From Bradyrhizobiaceae bacterium (GTDB lineage Bacteria; Pseudomonadota; Alphaproteobacteria; Rhizobiales; Xanthobacteraceae), in assembly GCA_947481685.1 (NCBI GenBank), contig CANKHA010000010.1, forward strand, positions 5,573-69,572: a stretch of 64,000 bases of DNA. The letters are read 5' to 3'. The translations under genes were made by a program, and so were the position numbers. Shown piece by piece: positions 9,798-20,299 of this stretch. Within the stretch, counting starts at the first letter, position 1. Every line of letters begins with the position of its first letter. The notes under the pieces were generated by a model. It was not told where the DNA came from, made no database searches, and saw only the letters and a program-made list of their open reading frames with translations.

Positions 9798-11180
9798 ATG
9801 GATCGCACGGCCGAGACTTTCGCAACTTTTGCTTCGGGATTGCGCTGGCAAGATTTGACGCCTTCGGCGATCCATGCCGCAAAACGCAGCGTAATCGATT
9901 CCATTGGCTGCGCTTTCGGCGCCTTTCATCAGCCGGCGTCAAAAGCGCTTCGCAGCCTCGCGTCGCGAAACATGGCCAGCCAGCCTGCGACCGTCATAGG
10001 CACGGACATCAGGAGCTCTCCCGAGTACGCCGCGCTCGCCAACGGCGGCATGATCCGTTATCTGGATTTCAGCGACGACTACTTTGGCGGTAGCGGCGAT
10101 ATCGGCCCGCATCCGAGTGACAATATCAGCGGCGTGATGGCGGCCGCCGAAGCGGCAGGCGTGGATGGCCGTACGCTGATCGCGGGAATAACCATCGCCT
10201 ATGAGGCCTGTGCGCAGCTCGTCGACATTGTGAACTACGGCGGCAAAAAGCCGACGTGGGACTATACGGTACTGCACGCGATCGCGACGTCGCTTGGTGC
10301 GGGCCATGTGTTTGGTTTGTCGCGGACTCAGATGCGCGACGCACTCGCGCTTGCAACTGTTTCCAACATCACGTTGCTGCAAACGCGCCTTGGTGAACTC
10401 TCGAACTGGAAGGGAATTGCGGGCCCAAACGCCAGCCGCAACGGTCTCTTCGCCGCAATGCTGGCAAGGGAAGGCATTACGGGGCCGGACGAGCCGTTCG
10501 AGGGCAGGGCGGGATGGATGAAGCACCTTAACATGCCGTTCGAACTGGGCGCGCTTGGTCGCGGAAAAACACCATTCAAGATCGAAGGCATTTTTTTTAA
10601 ATGGATGCCGGTTCGGTATTCCGCACAACTCATGGTGTGGATCGCGTTGGAACTACGAGACAAGGCCAGCGCGGATGAAATCGAGTCGCTCTGTGTCTAT
10701 GTGCCAAAGCGCTATGTGTCGTCACGTTCGGACTTTCCCGAATACTGGAATCCCACGACGCGCGAGACGGTCGACCACAGTTTTCCGTTCCTGATCGGAG
10801 CGGCGCTGGTTGACGGCGTCATCGACGACAGGACCTTCACTCCGGCGTGTTTCCGAAATCCGGTCACACTCACCCTGATCGAGAGGATCCATATGGCTGA
10901 GGATCCGGCGTTTTCAGCGGCGTTTCCAGGTAATTACCATTGCCGCTTCGAAGTGATCCTCAAATCCGGAAAAACCCTGAACGTCCATCAGGCCAACCCA
11001 AAGGGACATCCGCTCAATCCCATGAGCGATGAGGAAATCGAAGAGAAGTTTTTCCGGCTAGCGGCCACCGCGGGTGTCTCGGCCAAGCAATGCCGTACGC
11101 TGCTCGACAGGCTTTGGAAACTGGAAGAACAAGCCGATATTTCCAGCCTTTTTCCTCTTATGCGCGTTCCCGGCGTTTAA
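9798..11180 (+). CDS. MmgE/PrpD-family protein, paralog 2
   Basis: 460 aa. AALANGGMIRYLDFSDDY motif and family-typical length. Confidence 0.9.
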   Translation: MDRTAETFATFASGLRWQDLTPSAIHAAKRSVIDSIGCAFGAFHQPASKALRSLASRNMASQPATVIGTDIRSSPEYAALANGGMIRYLDFSDDYFGGSGDIGPHPSDNISGVMAAAEAAGVDGRTLIAGITIAYEACAQLVDIVNYGGKKPTWDYTVLHAIATSLGAGHVFGLSRTQMRDALALATVSNITLLQTRLGELSNWKGIAGPNASRNGLFAAMLAREGITGPDEPFEGRAGWMKHLNMPFELGALGRGKTPFKIEGIFFKWMPVRYSAQLMVWIALELRDKASADEIESLCVYVPKRYVSSRSDFPEYWNPTTRETVDHSFPFLIGAALVDGVIDDRTFTPACFRNPVTLTLIERIHMAEDPAFSAAFPGNYHCRFEVILKSGKTLNVHQANPKGHPLNPMSDEEIEEKFFRLAATAGVSAKQCRTLLDRLWKLEEQADISSLFPLMRVPGV

Positions 11181-11344
11181 CCCCTCTCTCGGCAGCGGGG
11201 TGGGTTTTGAATTCTGGTCAACATCGGATTGAACGGGGATTGATTGTTGACCCCGGGTCTCTTGACTAGGCTCACCAGCAAAGAAAAGACCGGAAACTGA
11301 CGTTTTCCCGAAATGAGCGTCAGACGGTCGACAGGCGGGAGCCG

Positions 11345-12859
11345 ATGGCTAAGGAATTCTACGACGTGGTCGTCGTCGGAGGCGGTAACGCGGCGCTTTG
11401 CGCTGCGCTTGCAGCCAATGAGGCTGGCGCCAGCGTCGTTGTACTCGAGCGTGCTCCGGAAGCAGAGTCCGGCGGCAACAGCCGTTATACCTCCGGCTCG
11501 CTGCGGTTTTCCTATAACAGCGTCGATAACTTGCGCGCCGTCCTGCGCGATCTTTCTGACGCCGAAATCGAGACAATGGATTTCGGCACCTATCCCGTCG
11601 AGGATTTTTTCGACGACATGTTCCGCGTCACGAATTATCGCACCGACCCGTTGCTATGCGAGCAGCTGGTTACGCGCTCTTACGATACCGCGGTCTGGCT
11701 TGCTTCCAAGGGCATCCGGTTTATTCCGCGGCTCGCGCATGCGTTCCAGAGCGAAGGGCGATTCAAGATGTCGCCGGGCGTCGTGGCTGAGGCGATTGGC
11801 GGCGGTGAAGGACTGGTCGCGCGCGAAACCGAGATCGCTATCAAGAACGGCGTCACGGTCCGTTATAGCGCGCGCGTTCTGTCGCTGAATTTTGACGGGC
11901 ATGCGGTGCGCGGTGTGCGGGTGAAAACGGGCGCCACGATCTCCGACATTGACGCCGGCGCGGTCGTGTTGGCATGCGGTGGCTTTGAAGCCAATCTGGA
12001 ATGGCGCACCCGCTATCTCGGACCGCAATGGGATCTGGTGAAAGTCAGGGGGACACGTTTCAATACAGGCGACGGTCTGCGTATGGCGCTCGAGATCGGT
12101 GCGGCGCCTTTCGGCAACTGGGGCGGCTGTCATGCGGTGGGATGGGATAGCAACGCGCCGGAGTTCGGCGATCTGATCGTCGGCACCGGATACCAAAAGC
12201 ATTCCTATCCGCTCGGCATCATGGTCAACGCGGAGGGGCGACGTTTCGTCGACGAAGGCGCAGACCTGCGCCATCTCACCTACGCAAAGTACGGCCACGT
12301 GATCCTGAAGCAGCCCGGCCAGTTCGCGTGGCAGATTTTCGACAGCAAAACGATCAGCCTGTTGCGCGAAGATTACCGCATAAAGCAGGTCACCAAGGTC
12401 AAGGCTGACACCCTCGATGAACTCGCCCGCAAGCTAGAGGGCGTGAATCCCAATGGCTTCCTCGACGAGGTTCGCCGCTTCAATAATGCAATCCAGACTG
12501 ACCTTCCATTTTCTCCGGCGGTGAGGGATGGTCGTGCGACCACCGGCCTCGATATCCCGAAATCGAACTGGGCGCTGAAACTCGATCAGCCACCGTTCGA
12601 GGCTTACCAGGTTGGCTGCGGCATCACCTTCACTTTCGGCGGGCTGCGCGTCGAGGCAACGACTGCGCAGGTGATCGATCTCGATCTGGGTGCCATGCCT
12701 GGCCTCTACGCGGCGGGCGAGATGGTCGGGGGAATTTTCTGTTTCAACTATCCGGGCGGTACGGGGCTGACGTCGGGTTCGGTTTTCGGGCGGATCGCAG
12801 GAGGCGCGGCCGCTCGAGAAGCACTCGGGGGCAGGGCTCAACAGCGCGCCTTTGCATAA
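11345..12859 (+). CDS. tcuA: FAD-dependent dehydrogenase, TcuA-like (tricarballylate dehydrogenase / fumarate-reductase flavoprotein fold)
   Basis: The N-terminus YDVVVVGGGNAALCAALAANEAGASVVVLERAPEAESGGNS closely follows the TcuA N-terminus as I recall it. C-terminal LYAAGEMVGG flavoprotein motif. No TcuB-like FeS partner lies nearby. Confidence 0.7.
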   Translation: MAKEFYDVVVVGGGNAALCAALAANEAGASVVVLERAPEAESGGNSRYTSGSLRFSYNSVDNLRAVLRDLSDAEIETMDFGTYPVEDFFDDMFRVTNYRTDPLLCEQLVTRSYDTAVWLASKGIRFIPRLAHAFQSEGRFKMSPGVVAEAIGGGEGLVARETEIAIKNGVTVRYSARVLSLNFDGHAVRGVRVKTGATISDIDAGAVVLACGGFEANLEWRTRYLGPQWDLVKVRGTRFNTGDGLRMALEIGAAPFGNWGGCHAVGWDSNAPEFGDLIVGTGYQKHSYPLGIMVNAEGRRFVDEGADLRHLTYAKYGHVILKQPGQFAWQIFDSKTISLLREDYRIKQVTKVKADTLDELARKLEGVNPNGFLDEVRRFNNAIQTDLPFSPAVRDGRATTGLDIPKSNWALKLDQPPFEAYQVGCGITFTFGGLRVEATTAQVIDLDLGAMPGLYAAGEMVGGIFCFNYPGGTGLTSGSVFGRIAGGAAAREALGGRAQQRAFA

Positions 12860-12902
12860 GAAAAAGCCGGCCCTGTAGGTGTCTGGCGATGGGAGGAAGA
12901 TA

Positions 12903-13952
12903 ATGGATGTTCGCAAAATTGCTGTGGCGCTGATTTTCGCTGCCGCGAGCGTGGGCAGCGTTCAGGCCCAATCGGTGCAAGAGTTCTACAGCAAGCAGAA
13001 TGTCACGATCATCTCTGCCTTTAACGCAGGCGGCGGCAACGACGTGTATTGCCGGCTGATTGCGAGATATCTGGGCAAATACATTCCCGGAAATCCGAAA
13101 ATTATCGTCCAGAACATGCCGGGCGCGGCGTCGATCAAGGCGACAAATTTTCTGTACCAGTCCGCGCCCAGGGACGGGACGGTAATTGCGAACATTCAAC
13201 GCAGCGTTGCGCTTTACACAATTCTCGACAAGGACAAGTTTGCTTTCGACGTCCGCAAGTTTCTCTGGCTCGGCTCCTCGTCCAGCTTTGCAGACGATGC
13301 CTACGTTCTTTTTGCGTGGGCTGACGCCGATGCCAAGACGATCGACGATCTCCGCAAGAAAGACCGCAAACCGCTGATCGTTTCCGGGACAGCCGCCGGC
13401 TCGACGAGTGCCGACGTGCCTGTGCTGCTACGCGAGGTGCTTGGCTTTAATCTGAAGGTGATTCTCGGTTATGCCGACAATCCGGCAGAAATGATCGCGC
13501 TGGAGCGCAAGGAAGTTGATGGCCGCCTGATCGGCCTGTCGTCGATGCGCGCACTGCGGCCGGAATGGCTCAATCCAAATTCGAAAATCCGTCCCTTGAT
13601 GCAATATGCACGCGAGACGCGCCATCCTCTTTTGCCGAACATTCCGACCGCGCGCGAACTCGCTCGTAGCGATGAAGAACGACAGATGATCGAAATCAGT
13701 GAGCTCAGCTATAAAATCGCGCGACCTTTCGTGGCGCCTCCGGATGTGCCGGCCGATCGCGCGAAGGCGCTGCAGGACGCCTTTCTCGCGACCCACAAGG
13801 ATCCGGAATTCCTCGCGGAAGCGGAAAAACTCGCGCTCGATATCAGCCCGATCAGCGGGCAACAGGCTCTAGAAGCAATCGCGCACCTGGAGAATACGCC
13901 TCCGGAGGTGCTGGCGAAGATCAGAAAAGTGATGGAATCGCAGCTGCAATAA
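12903..13952 (+). CDS. Bug/TctC-family periplasmic solute-binding protein
   Basis: ATG 12903 after GGGAGGAAG. Signal peptide MDVRKIAVALIFAAASVGSVQAQ followed by the FYSKQ...GGGND...PGNPKIIVQNMPGAAS pattern. Confidence 0.9.
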   Translation: MDVRKIAVALIFAAASVGSVQAQSVQEFYSKQNVTIISAFNAGGGNDVYCRLIARYLGKYIPGNPKIIVQNMPGAASIKATNFLYQSAPRDGTVIANIQRSVALYTILDKDKFAFDVRKFLWLGSSSSFADDAYVLFAWADADAKTIDDLRKKDRKPLIVSGTAAGSTSADVPVLLREVLGFNLKVILGYADNPAEMIALERKEVDGRLIGLSSMRALRPEWLNPNSKIRPLMQYARETRHPLLPNIPTARELARSDEERQMIEISELSYKIARPFVAPPDVPADRAKALQDAFLATHKDPEFLAEAEKLALDISPISGQQALEAIAHLENTPPEVLAKIRKVMESQLQ

Positions 13953-13964
13953 CGTGCACAGAGA

Positions 13965-15359
13965 ATGTCTATTATGGCCGGAACAAAGACAGTTGCAGAG
14001 CAGCTCGCGAGCTTTGCAATTACACAAGCTAATTTTCCAGATGCTGCGGTCAATGAAGCCAAGCGCATCATCCTCGATCAGCTGGCATGTCAGGTCATGT
14101 TCGCTGTGTCGCCCTGGAGCGTTGCATATCTTGATACGGTCAAAGCACTGGGCGCGGGGAAGGGGGCGACGGTCGTCTATCACGGTGATCAATTGGCGCT
14201 GGATCAAGCGGCATTCGTGAACAGCGCATTCGGCCACGGTGGCGAGTTCGACGACACGCAGCTTGCATCCAATACGCATTCCGGAGCGGTTATCGTTCCA
14301 ACGGCTCTGGCGCTTGCGGAAAATCGTTCGCTCTCCGGACAGCAGGCCCTTGAATCCATCATCGTAGGTCTTGAGGTCATGGTCAGGGTTGGCGCCGGCG
14401 CGGCGCCGCATCTTGACGAACACGGTTTTCATGCCCCGCCGGTCGTCGGACCTTTCGGCGCGGTCGCCGCGACCTGTCGCGCGCTCGGCGTTGACGAGGC
14501 GACCTGCGTCAACGCAATGGGCATTGCCGGGAGCCATTCGAGCGGAACGCGCGAATACACTCGCTCCGGCGGCACAATGAAGCGCATTCACTGCGCTATT
14601 CCTGCGATGTCAGGTCTGCGCTCTGCCGTGATGGCTGCTCACGGGATCACCGGTCCCCGCACCATCATCGACGGCGATCGCGGTATCCTGCACTGCTTTG
14701 CCGGCGAATATGACCTTTCGAAAGTAACCGACGGATTAGGCGCCGATTACTTGATGGTTGAGACCGCCTACAAGCCCATCACAAGCCCATGGCCCGCGCA
14801 CGCACCGCTTGAAGCATTCGGCTGGCTGATCGACGAGCACCATCTGAAGCCTGAGCAGATCGCTACGATTGAGGTCGGAACAAGCTCGCAGGCGATGAAG
14901 AATATTCAAACCATCAAGGCTCCACGCGACATTATGGATGCGCAGTACAGCCTGGTTTACGGCCTTGCGGTGCGGTTGTTTCGTGGGGGTAACAAGTTCC
15001 GCGACTACCGCGAGGAAGATCTGGCCGATCCTCGTTTCCTCGACGTGTCGCGCAAGGTCACCATCAAGCTCGACCCGGTCTGCGATGAAGAGCGCCTGCG
15101 GCTAAACAACCGCTCCGCTGTCGTAACAGTCGTGACTACCGATGGCCGACGGCTGGAAAAGCGTGTCCAGTTTTCCAAAGGACATCCGAAAAATCGTTTC
15201 AGCAACGACGAACTGACCACGAAATTCGTTGACGCGGCAGAACCGCTGATTGGCGCGGAGCGGACGAAGCAGATTGCGGATGCCGTCTGGAATATCGAGC
15301 AGCTTAAAGACGCTTCATCACTGGTGAAACTCACCGTGCCAGGCAACAAGGCCAGTTAA
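13965..15359 (+). CDS. MmgE/PrpD-family protein, paralog 3
   Basis: 464 aa. AAFVNSAFGHGGEFDDTQ motif. Confidence 0.9.
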   Translation: MSIMAGTKTVAEQLASFAITQANFPDAAVNEAKRIILDQLACQVMFAVSPWSVAYLDTVKALGAGKGATVVYHGDQLALDQAAFVNSAFGHGGEFDDTQLASNTHSGAVIVPTALALAENRSLSGQQALESIIVGLEVMVRVGAGAAPHLDEHGFHAPPVVGPFGAVAATCRALGVDEATCVNAMGIAGSHSSGTREYTRSGGTMKRIHCAIPAMSGLRSAVMAAHGITGPRTIIDGDRGILHCFAGEYDLSKVTDGLGADYLMVETAYKPITSPWPAHAPLEAFGWLIDEHHLKPEQIATIEVGTSSQAMKNIQTIKAPRDIMDAQYSLVYGLAVRLFRGGNKFRDYREEDLADPRFLDVSRKVTIKLDPVCDEERLRLNNRSAVVTVVTTDGRRLEKRVQFSKGHPKNRFSNDELTTKFVDAAEPLIGAERTKQIADAVWNIEQLKDASSLVKLTVPGNKAS

Positions 15360-15406
15360 CAAATGCAGATCGGATTCGAACGTCTGCAGCTGATGGGAGA
15401 AAAGAA

Positions 15407-16429
15407 ATGAAATATCATCGTTTGGGATTGTTGTTCTCGGTGGCGCTGGCGCCGCTCGTTATGAGTGACCCGGCATCCTCCCAGGGCGCCGCCGATTTCT
15501 ACAAGGGCAAGACCGTCAAGGTGATCGTCGGCTACAGCCCGGGTGGCGGGCACGACGCCAACGCGCGCATGCTGGCGCGTTTCCTCGGCAATTACATTCC
15601 CGGTAATCCGAAGGTCATTGTCGAGAACATGCCCGGCGCTTCGAGCATGAAGTCGGTCCAATATCTCGACAACGGTGCGCCCACGGACGGCACGGTCATC
15701 GTGGCATTCAGTTCGGGTCTGGTGACGGAGTCGCTGACGAAGCCAGACCATATTCCCGTGAATCTGAGCAATTACGCCTGGATTGGCAGCATTAGCCAGG
15801 AGGTTCGCGTCTGTTACATGCGGGCCGATCTCAAGATCAACAACTTTCAGGATCTTCTGAAGCAGCCCGAGATCCATTTTGGCGAAACCGGCAAAGGCTC
15901 GGCGAGCTATATTGACTCCGGTATTCTGAAGGAGATCTACGGCGTCAAGCTGAAGACGATCCTGGGCTACCCCGGCGGTGCCGAGAAGAAGATCGCTGTC
16001 GAGCGCGGCGAGCTGGATGGCGATTGCACGTCTTTTTCCACGGTTCCGATCGAATGGGTGACGAGCGGCAAGGTCAAGATCATTACGCGAGGCTCGACCG
16101 TCATGCTCCCCGGGATGCCAGCCGACACCCCGTACATTATGGATCTCACAAACGATCCGGAAAAGAAAAGCCTGATCAAGTTCCTGCTGTCACCGGCTTA
16201 TGTGGGGCGCCCCTACATCATGTCGAAGGCGGTACCGGCCGATCGGATTGCAGCGATCCGCAAAGCATTCGATGCGGCGCTGAAAGATCCACAGCTGCTT
16301 GCCGAAGCGGACAAGCTTCAGCTTCCAGTCGTTGGTTCGCTGACGGGAGACGAGGCCGCTGCGTACATTGCCGAAATGTACAAGGCGACGCCTGAAGTCA
16401 TCTCCGATGCACGAAAAATAACTGAATAA
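15407..16429 (+). CDS. Bug/TctC-family periplasmic solute-binding protein
   Basis: 340 aa. Signal peptide, then ADFYKGKTVKVIVGYSPGGGHDANARMLARFLGNYIPGNPKVIVENMPGASS. Confidence 0.9.
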   Translation: MKYHRLGLLFSVALAPLVMSDPASSQGAADFYKGKTVKVIVGYSPGGGHDANARMLARFLGNYIPGNPKVIVENMPGASSMKSVQYLDNGAPTDGTVIVAFSSGLVTESLTKPDHIPVNLSNYAWIGSISQEVRVCYMRADLKINNFQDLLKQPEIHFGETGKGSASYIDSGILKEIYGVKLKTILGYPGGAEKKIAVERGELDGDCTSFSTVPIEWVTSGKVKIITRGSTVMLPGMPADTPYIMDLTNDPEKKSLIKFLLSPAYVGRPYIMSKAVPADRIAAIRKAFDAALKDPQLLAEADKLQLPVVGSLTGDEAAAYIAEMYKATPEVISDARKITE

Positions 16430-16447
16430 GAGAGGCGAGCAGCAGCC

Positions 16448-17740
16448 ATGAACAGGATAGATAATCTTGCGAAGTGCGCGGCGATGCTGGCAGCTTCCTT
16501 GCTCGCGACGTCTGTGACGACGCATGCACAAGCGCAGGATTTGGTTGCCGATTTTTACAAGAAGAACAACACCATTCGCGTGATCGCAAGTTCGGAACCC
16601 GGCGGTGGGGTGGATGGCTATGCCCGTCTGCTGGCAAAGCACATGGGCCGGTTTATTCCGGGTAATCCCACCTTCGTGGTGCAGAACATGCCCGGTGCCA
16701 GCGGCATCGTAGCGGCGAACTATCTCTATAATGTGGCGCGTAAGGACGGTACGGCGATCGGATCGGTCCAGCGCCAGGTGCCTTATACTCAGTTGCTTGG
16801 CGAGCCGGGGCCGCAGTTCGAAACCGCAAAATTTAACTGGCTCGGCAGTCTCGCCGGCGAAGGCTCGGTTTGTGTGGCCAATGTCACCAGCCCGGTGAAG
16901 ACGCTCGAAGATCTCAAGACCAAAGAACTGATCATGGGCGGAAGCGGCGCCAACGACACCGAGACGGTGCCGGCGCTCGCCAACAATCTGCTCGGCGCCA
17001 AAATGAAGATCATTACGGGCTATCCGTCCGCGACTGCGATCACGCTGGCGATGGAGCGCGGTGAAGTCGACGGCGTCTGCACGTCCTACGCTTCTTTGCT
17101 TGCGCGAAACGCTCATTGGTTCCGGGACAAGAAGGTCAACATTCTTTTCCAGACATCAACCCGCCGGGATCCCGCGATTCCGGACGTCCCGCTCACCTCG
17201 GAGTTGGCAACCAATCCCGACGACAAGGCCTTGCTGGAAATTCTCGATTCTCGCTTTCTCATCGGGCGTCCATTCATGCTGCCACCTGGCGTTCCGCCCG
17301 AGTACGTCAAGGTGCTGCGTGATGCCTTCGTCGCAATGTCAAAGGACAAGGACTTTCTCGCCGATGCGGCAAAGGAGAATCGGGACGTCGATATCGTGAA
17401 CGGAGAAGACATGCAGGCGTTGCTTGTCGGAATCTCGCAAAAGCCGAAGGCAACGATAGACAGGATCAACGACCTCCTTAAATACAAGGGCCCGACGGTC
17501 ACCGCGAAACTCGAAGCCGCGAACGCTGAAGGGACAATTGCGGAAATCGAGGATGGTGGTGGCAAGATTGCCCTCAAGCTCGCCGACGGCAAGACCTTCA
17601 AGGCGATCGTCTCCAACTCCCGTACTGATCTGCAGATCGCCGGCAAGAAGGGCGACCGCAAGGAACTCAAGGTAGGCGCGTTCTGCGCCGTGACGGCGCC
17701 TGCTGAGGGGCAGGAAGCGTCGCAGGTCGTGTGCAAATAG
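16448..17740 (+). CDS. Bug/TctC-family solute-binding protein with an extra C-terminal domain of about 83 aa
   Basis: 430 aa against 340-350 aa for the other paralogs. Canonical Bug core (DFYKKNNTIRVIASSEPGGGVDGYARLLAKHMGRFIPGNPTFVVQNMPGASG). The tail GPTVTAKLEAANAEGTIAEIEDGGGKIALKLADGKTFKAIV...FCAV...VVCK is encoded at 17489-17737. Confidence 0.85.
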   Translation: MNRIDNLAKCAAMLAASLLATSVTTHAQAQDLVADFYKKNNTIRVIASSEPGGGVDGYARLLAKHMGRFIPGNPTFVVQNMPGASGIVAANYLYNVARKDGTAIGSVQRQVPYTQLLGEPGPQFETAKFNWLGSLAGEGSVCVANVTSPVKTLEDLKTKELIMGGSGANDTETVPALANNLLGAKMKIITGYPSATAITLAMERGEVDGVCTSYASLLARNAHWFRDKKVNILFQTSTRRDPAIPDVPLTSELATNPDDKALLEILDSRFLIGRPFMLPPGVPPEYVKVLRDAFVAMSKDKDFLADAAKENRDVDIVNGEDMQALLVGISQKPKATIDRINDLLKYKGPTVTAKLEAANAEGTIAEIEDGGGKIALKLADGKTFKAIVSNSRTDLQIAGKKGDRKELKVGAFCAVTAPAEGQEASQVVCK

Positions 17741-17814
17741 CAGCCGCCGTGAGCATTGAATTTTTGGATTGTGAATCAGACGGGAATGCATTTCCCGGCG
17801 GGGGAGTTTGATCG

Positions 17815-19158
17815 ATGGGCGAGACAATAACGCTGGCGAAATATGCCTCGGAGTTTCAGTTCGAGGATATCCCTGCAAACGTTCTTGAGCGCGCTAAGAA
17901 TACGATCTGCGACTGCACAGGCGCGATGATCTTCGGCTACGACCTGCCGTGGAGCCAGATGATCGTCGACTACGCGACGAAATATGGGCCCGGCGGCAAG
18001 AGCCGCATCCTCGGCAAGGGCGGCGCTCAGGTGCAGCCACAAATGGCAGCCCTCGCCAACGGCGCTATGGCGCATGCTTTTGAACTTGACGGTTCGACGA
18101 AGCCGAGCGTTGGCGTGCATCCCTGCGCAACGATTTTCCCCGCCGCGCTTGCGGTGGCGCAGGAACGCGGCTTCAGCGGCCGTGAACTGATCACCGCCTT
18201 TGTCGCCGCGACCGAAGTGGTCCTCAGAATCGGTAGCGCTACCCATCATTCCAACGAGATCCGTGGCTTCCATGCGCCGGGCACGACAGGCCCATTCGGA
18301 GCATCGGTCGTTGTCGGACGCATGTGTGGATTTGATACGGCCAAGATGACGAATGTCCTTGGCATTGCAGCGTCGCTGGCCTGCGGCCTTGTGCAGTTCT
18401 CCCGATCGGGAACCGGGGGCATGGTCAAGCGGATGCATTTCGGTCGCGCCAACGAAAGCGGCGTGATGGCAGCCAATCTTGCAGACCGCGGCTTCGACGG
18501 TCCCCATGACATCATCGAAGGTGAATTCGGCTTCCTGCGGGTGTTCTGTAATGACTTCGAGCTTGCCCAACTGACCAAAGGGCTGGGCGAGACGTTCCTG
18601 TCCATGACCATTTATATGAAGCGGTACGCCTGCCACGGGGCAGCCCAAGGTCAATTAATGGCTTTGGAAGAGCTACAAGCCGAGCATAAATTCATGGCCG
18701 CGGATGTCGAAACGATCGACGTGGAAGGCCATCACGAAATGTGGGATCGTCACAATATCCTTGAACCCAAGGATCCGATGATCGCCCAGTACAGCGTGCC
18801 ATTTGCGATTGCATTGGCGTTCTTTCGGAATCCGAAGGATCCGCGGTCATTCGATCAATCTGCAATCAATGATCGCAACATCATGGATATGTGCAAGCGG
18901 GTTAAACTTCACAAGGAAGAGGGCGCCGGCCACATGACCCCTGGCGCCAGTGTGACCCTGAAGCTTAAAGACGGGCGCGTGCTTACTAAACGTGTCGTCT
19001 ATTTCAAGGGTACACCGCAGAACCCGGCCAACCGGGATGATGTCCACGAGAAATTCTCGCTTCTCACGCGTCATTGCGACAAGGGAAAAATGGACGAGAT
19101 TTTCGACCGTCTCCAGAACATCGAAAACGAAAAGAATTTTGACTGGCTAAAAGTATAG
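17815..19158 (+). CDS. MmgE/PrpD-family protein, paralog 4 (close duplicate of paralog 5)
   Basis: 447 aa. AALANGAMAHAFELDG motif. Long stretches are identical to the 20296 gene product, for example DLPWSQMIVDYA, GFHAPGTTGPFGAS and FGRANESGVMAANLADRGFDGPHDIIEGEFGFLRVF. Confidence 0.9.
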   Translation: MGETITLAKYASEFQFEDIPANVLERAKNTICDCTGAMIFGYDLPWSQMIVDYATKYGPGGKSRILGKGGAQVQPQMAALANGAMAHAFELDGSTKPSVGVHPCATIFPAALAVAQERGFSGRELITAFVAATEVVLRIGSATHHSNEIRGFHAPGTTGPFGASVVVGRMCGFDTAKMTNVLGIAASLACGLVQFSRSGTGGMVKRMHFGRANESGVMAANLADRGFDGPHDIIEGEFGFLRVFCNDFELAQLTKGLGETFLSMTIYMKRYACHGAAQGQLMALEELQAEHKFMAADVETIDVEGHHEMWDRHNILEPKDPMIAQYSVPFAIALAFFRNPKDPRSFDQSAINDRNIMDMCKRVKLHKEEGAGHMTPGASVTLKLKDGRVLTKRVVYFKGTPQNPANRDDVHEKFSLLTRHCDKGKMDEIFDRLQNIENEKNFDWLKV

Positions 19159-19207
19159 CCGTCGCACTCATAAAAGTTCGCACGAAAAGATCGGATAGGG
19201 ATTTGCA

Positions 19208-20299
19208 ATGACTCTTATGTTATCGAACGACGACGCCGAGAAGGTGCTGACCATGGCCGGCGCGATCGAAGCGCTCGAGCTGGTTTATCGGGACTTGGGC
19301 ATCGGCAGTGCTGTCAACCGCGGCCGCACTGACATCTTTGCGCCAACGGTTGCCGAGATCGGCGCCGATGTTCCTTCGGCGCATCAGTTCAAGACGCTCG
19401 ATGGCTCGATTCCGCGGCTTCAGGTAGCATCGATCCGCGTGACGTCGGACGTCGTTGCTTGGCCAGAAGTCAATGGAAAGCGCCGGCGCATCAAAATTCC
19501 AGCTGCGACAGGCAAGCGGTATGTCGGGCTGGTGTTCCTGTTCAGCTCCGCCACCGGCGAGTTGATATCGATCGTTCAGGACGGGATGCTGCAACGCTTT
19601 ACGGTCGGTGCGATCAACGCCATCGGCGCCAAATACATGGCGCGTGAGGACTCTTCGCTGGTCGGCCTGATCGGAGCCGGCGGGCAGGCGGCTCCGCAGC
19701 TGGCGGCGCTTAAGCTCGTTCGGCCGATCAAGAAGGTCCGCGTCTATAGCCCAACGGAAGGCGAGGCCGCCGCATTCTGCAAGATCAATTCGGAGGCTAT
19801 CGGCCTCGAGATGACAGTCGCGTCATCACCGGAAGAAGCGGTTAAGGGCGTGGATATCGCAGTCACGGCCACCAACAGCCGCGTGCCGTTCTTCCCGGCG
19901 AAATGGCTGGAGCCCGGCATGCATCTGAGCTGCATGCAGCGCGATGAACCGACTGACGATTGCATCAGCGCGGTGGATGTCGCGGTGTTCCATACCAAGC
20001 TGAAGGAACATGAATATGTTTCGACAGATTTTGCCGCGATGGAAAAGAAGCACAAATTCGTTATCCGCGATCATCCGCCTCGGGAATTGAACTGGGACGA
20101 TTTTCCGGATCTTGGCGAGCTGGTTGCCGGGCGGACTCCCACCAGGACCAATGCGTCCCAGAAGACACTCTTCCTGAACAGCACCGGCGTCGGCACCCAG
20201 TTCACCACGCTGGCGCATCTCATCTACACGAAGTCCCTGGAACAGGGGCTTGGCCACAAAGTGCCCGTCGACTGGTTTGTGGAGTCGATACAGCCATGA
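19208..20299 (+). CDS. Ornithine cyclodeaminase / mu-crystallin family NAD(P)-dependent enzyme
   Basis: 363 aa. N-terminus LSNDDAEKVLTMAGAIEALELVY and Rossmann motif GLIGAGGQA are typical of the OCD_Mu_crystall family. The stop overlaps the next start (ATGA at 20296-20299). Confidence 0.85.
   Translation: MTLMLSNDDAEKVLTMAGAIEALELVYRDLGIGSAVNRGRTDIFAPTVAEIGADVPSAHQFKTLDGSIPRLQVASIRVTSDVVAWPEVNGKRRRIKIPAATGKRYVGLVFLFSSATGELISIVQDGMLQRFTVGAINAIGAKYMAREDSSLVGLIGAGGQAAPQLAALKLVRPIKKVRVYSPTEGEAAAFCKINSEAIGLEMTVASSPEEAVKGVDIAVTATNSRVPFFPAKWLEPGMHLSCMQRDEPTDDCISAVDVAVFHTKLKEHEYVSTDFAAMEKKHKFVIRDHPPRELNWDDFPDLGELVAGRTPTRTNASQKTLFLNSTGVGTQFTTLAHLIYTKSLEQGLGHKVPVDWFVESIQP

Noticed and set aside
11216-11252. 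8-bp inverted repeat GGTCAACA...TGTTGACC upstream of the TcuA-like gene, considered as an operator
   Set aside because: The arms are short with a 21-nt spacer, there is no adjacent regulator, and it could easily arise by chance. It is not strong enough to report as a feature.
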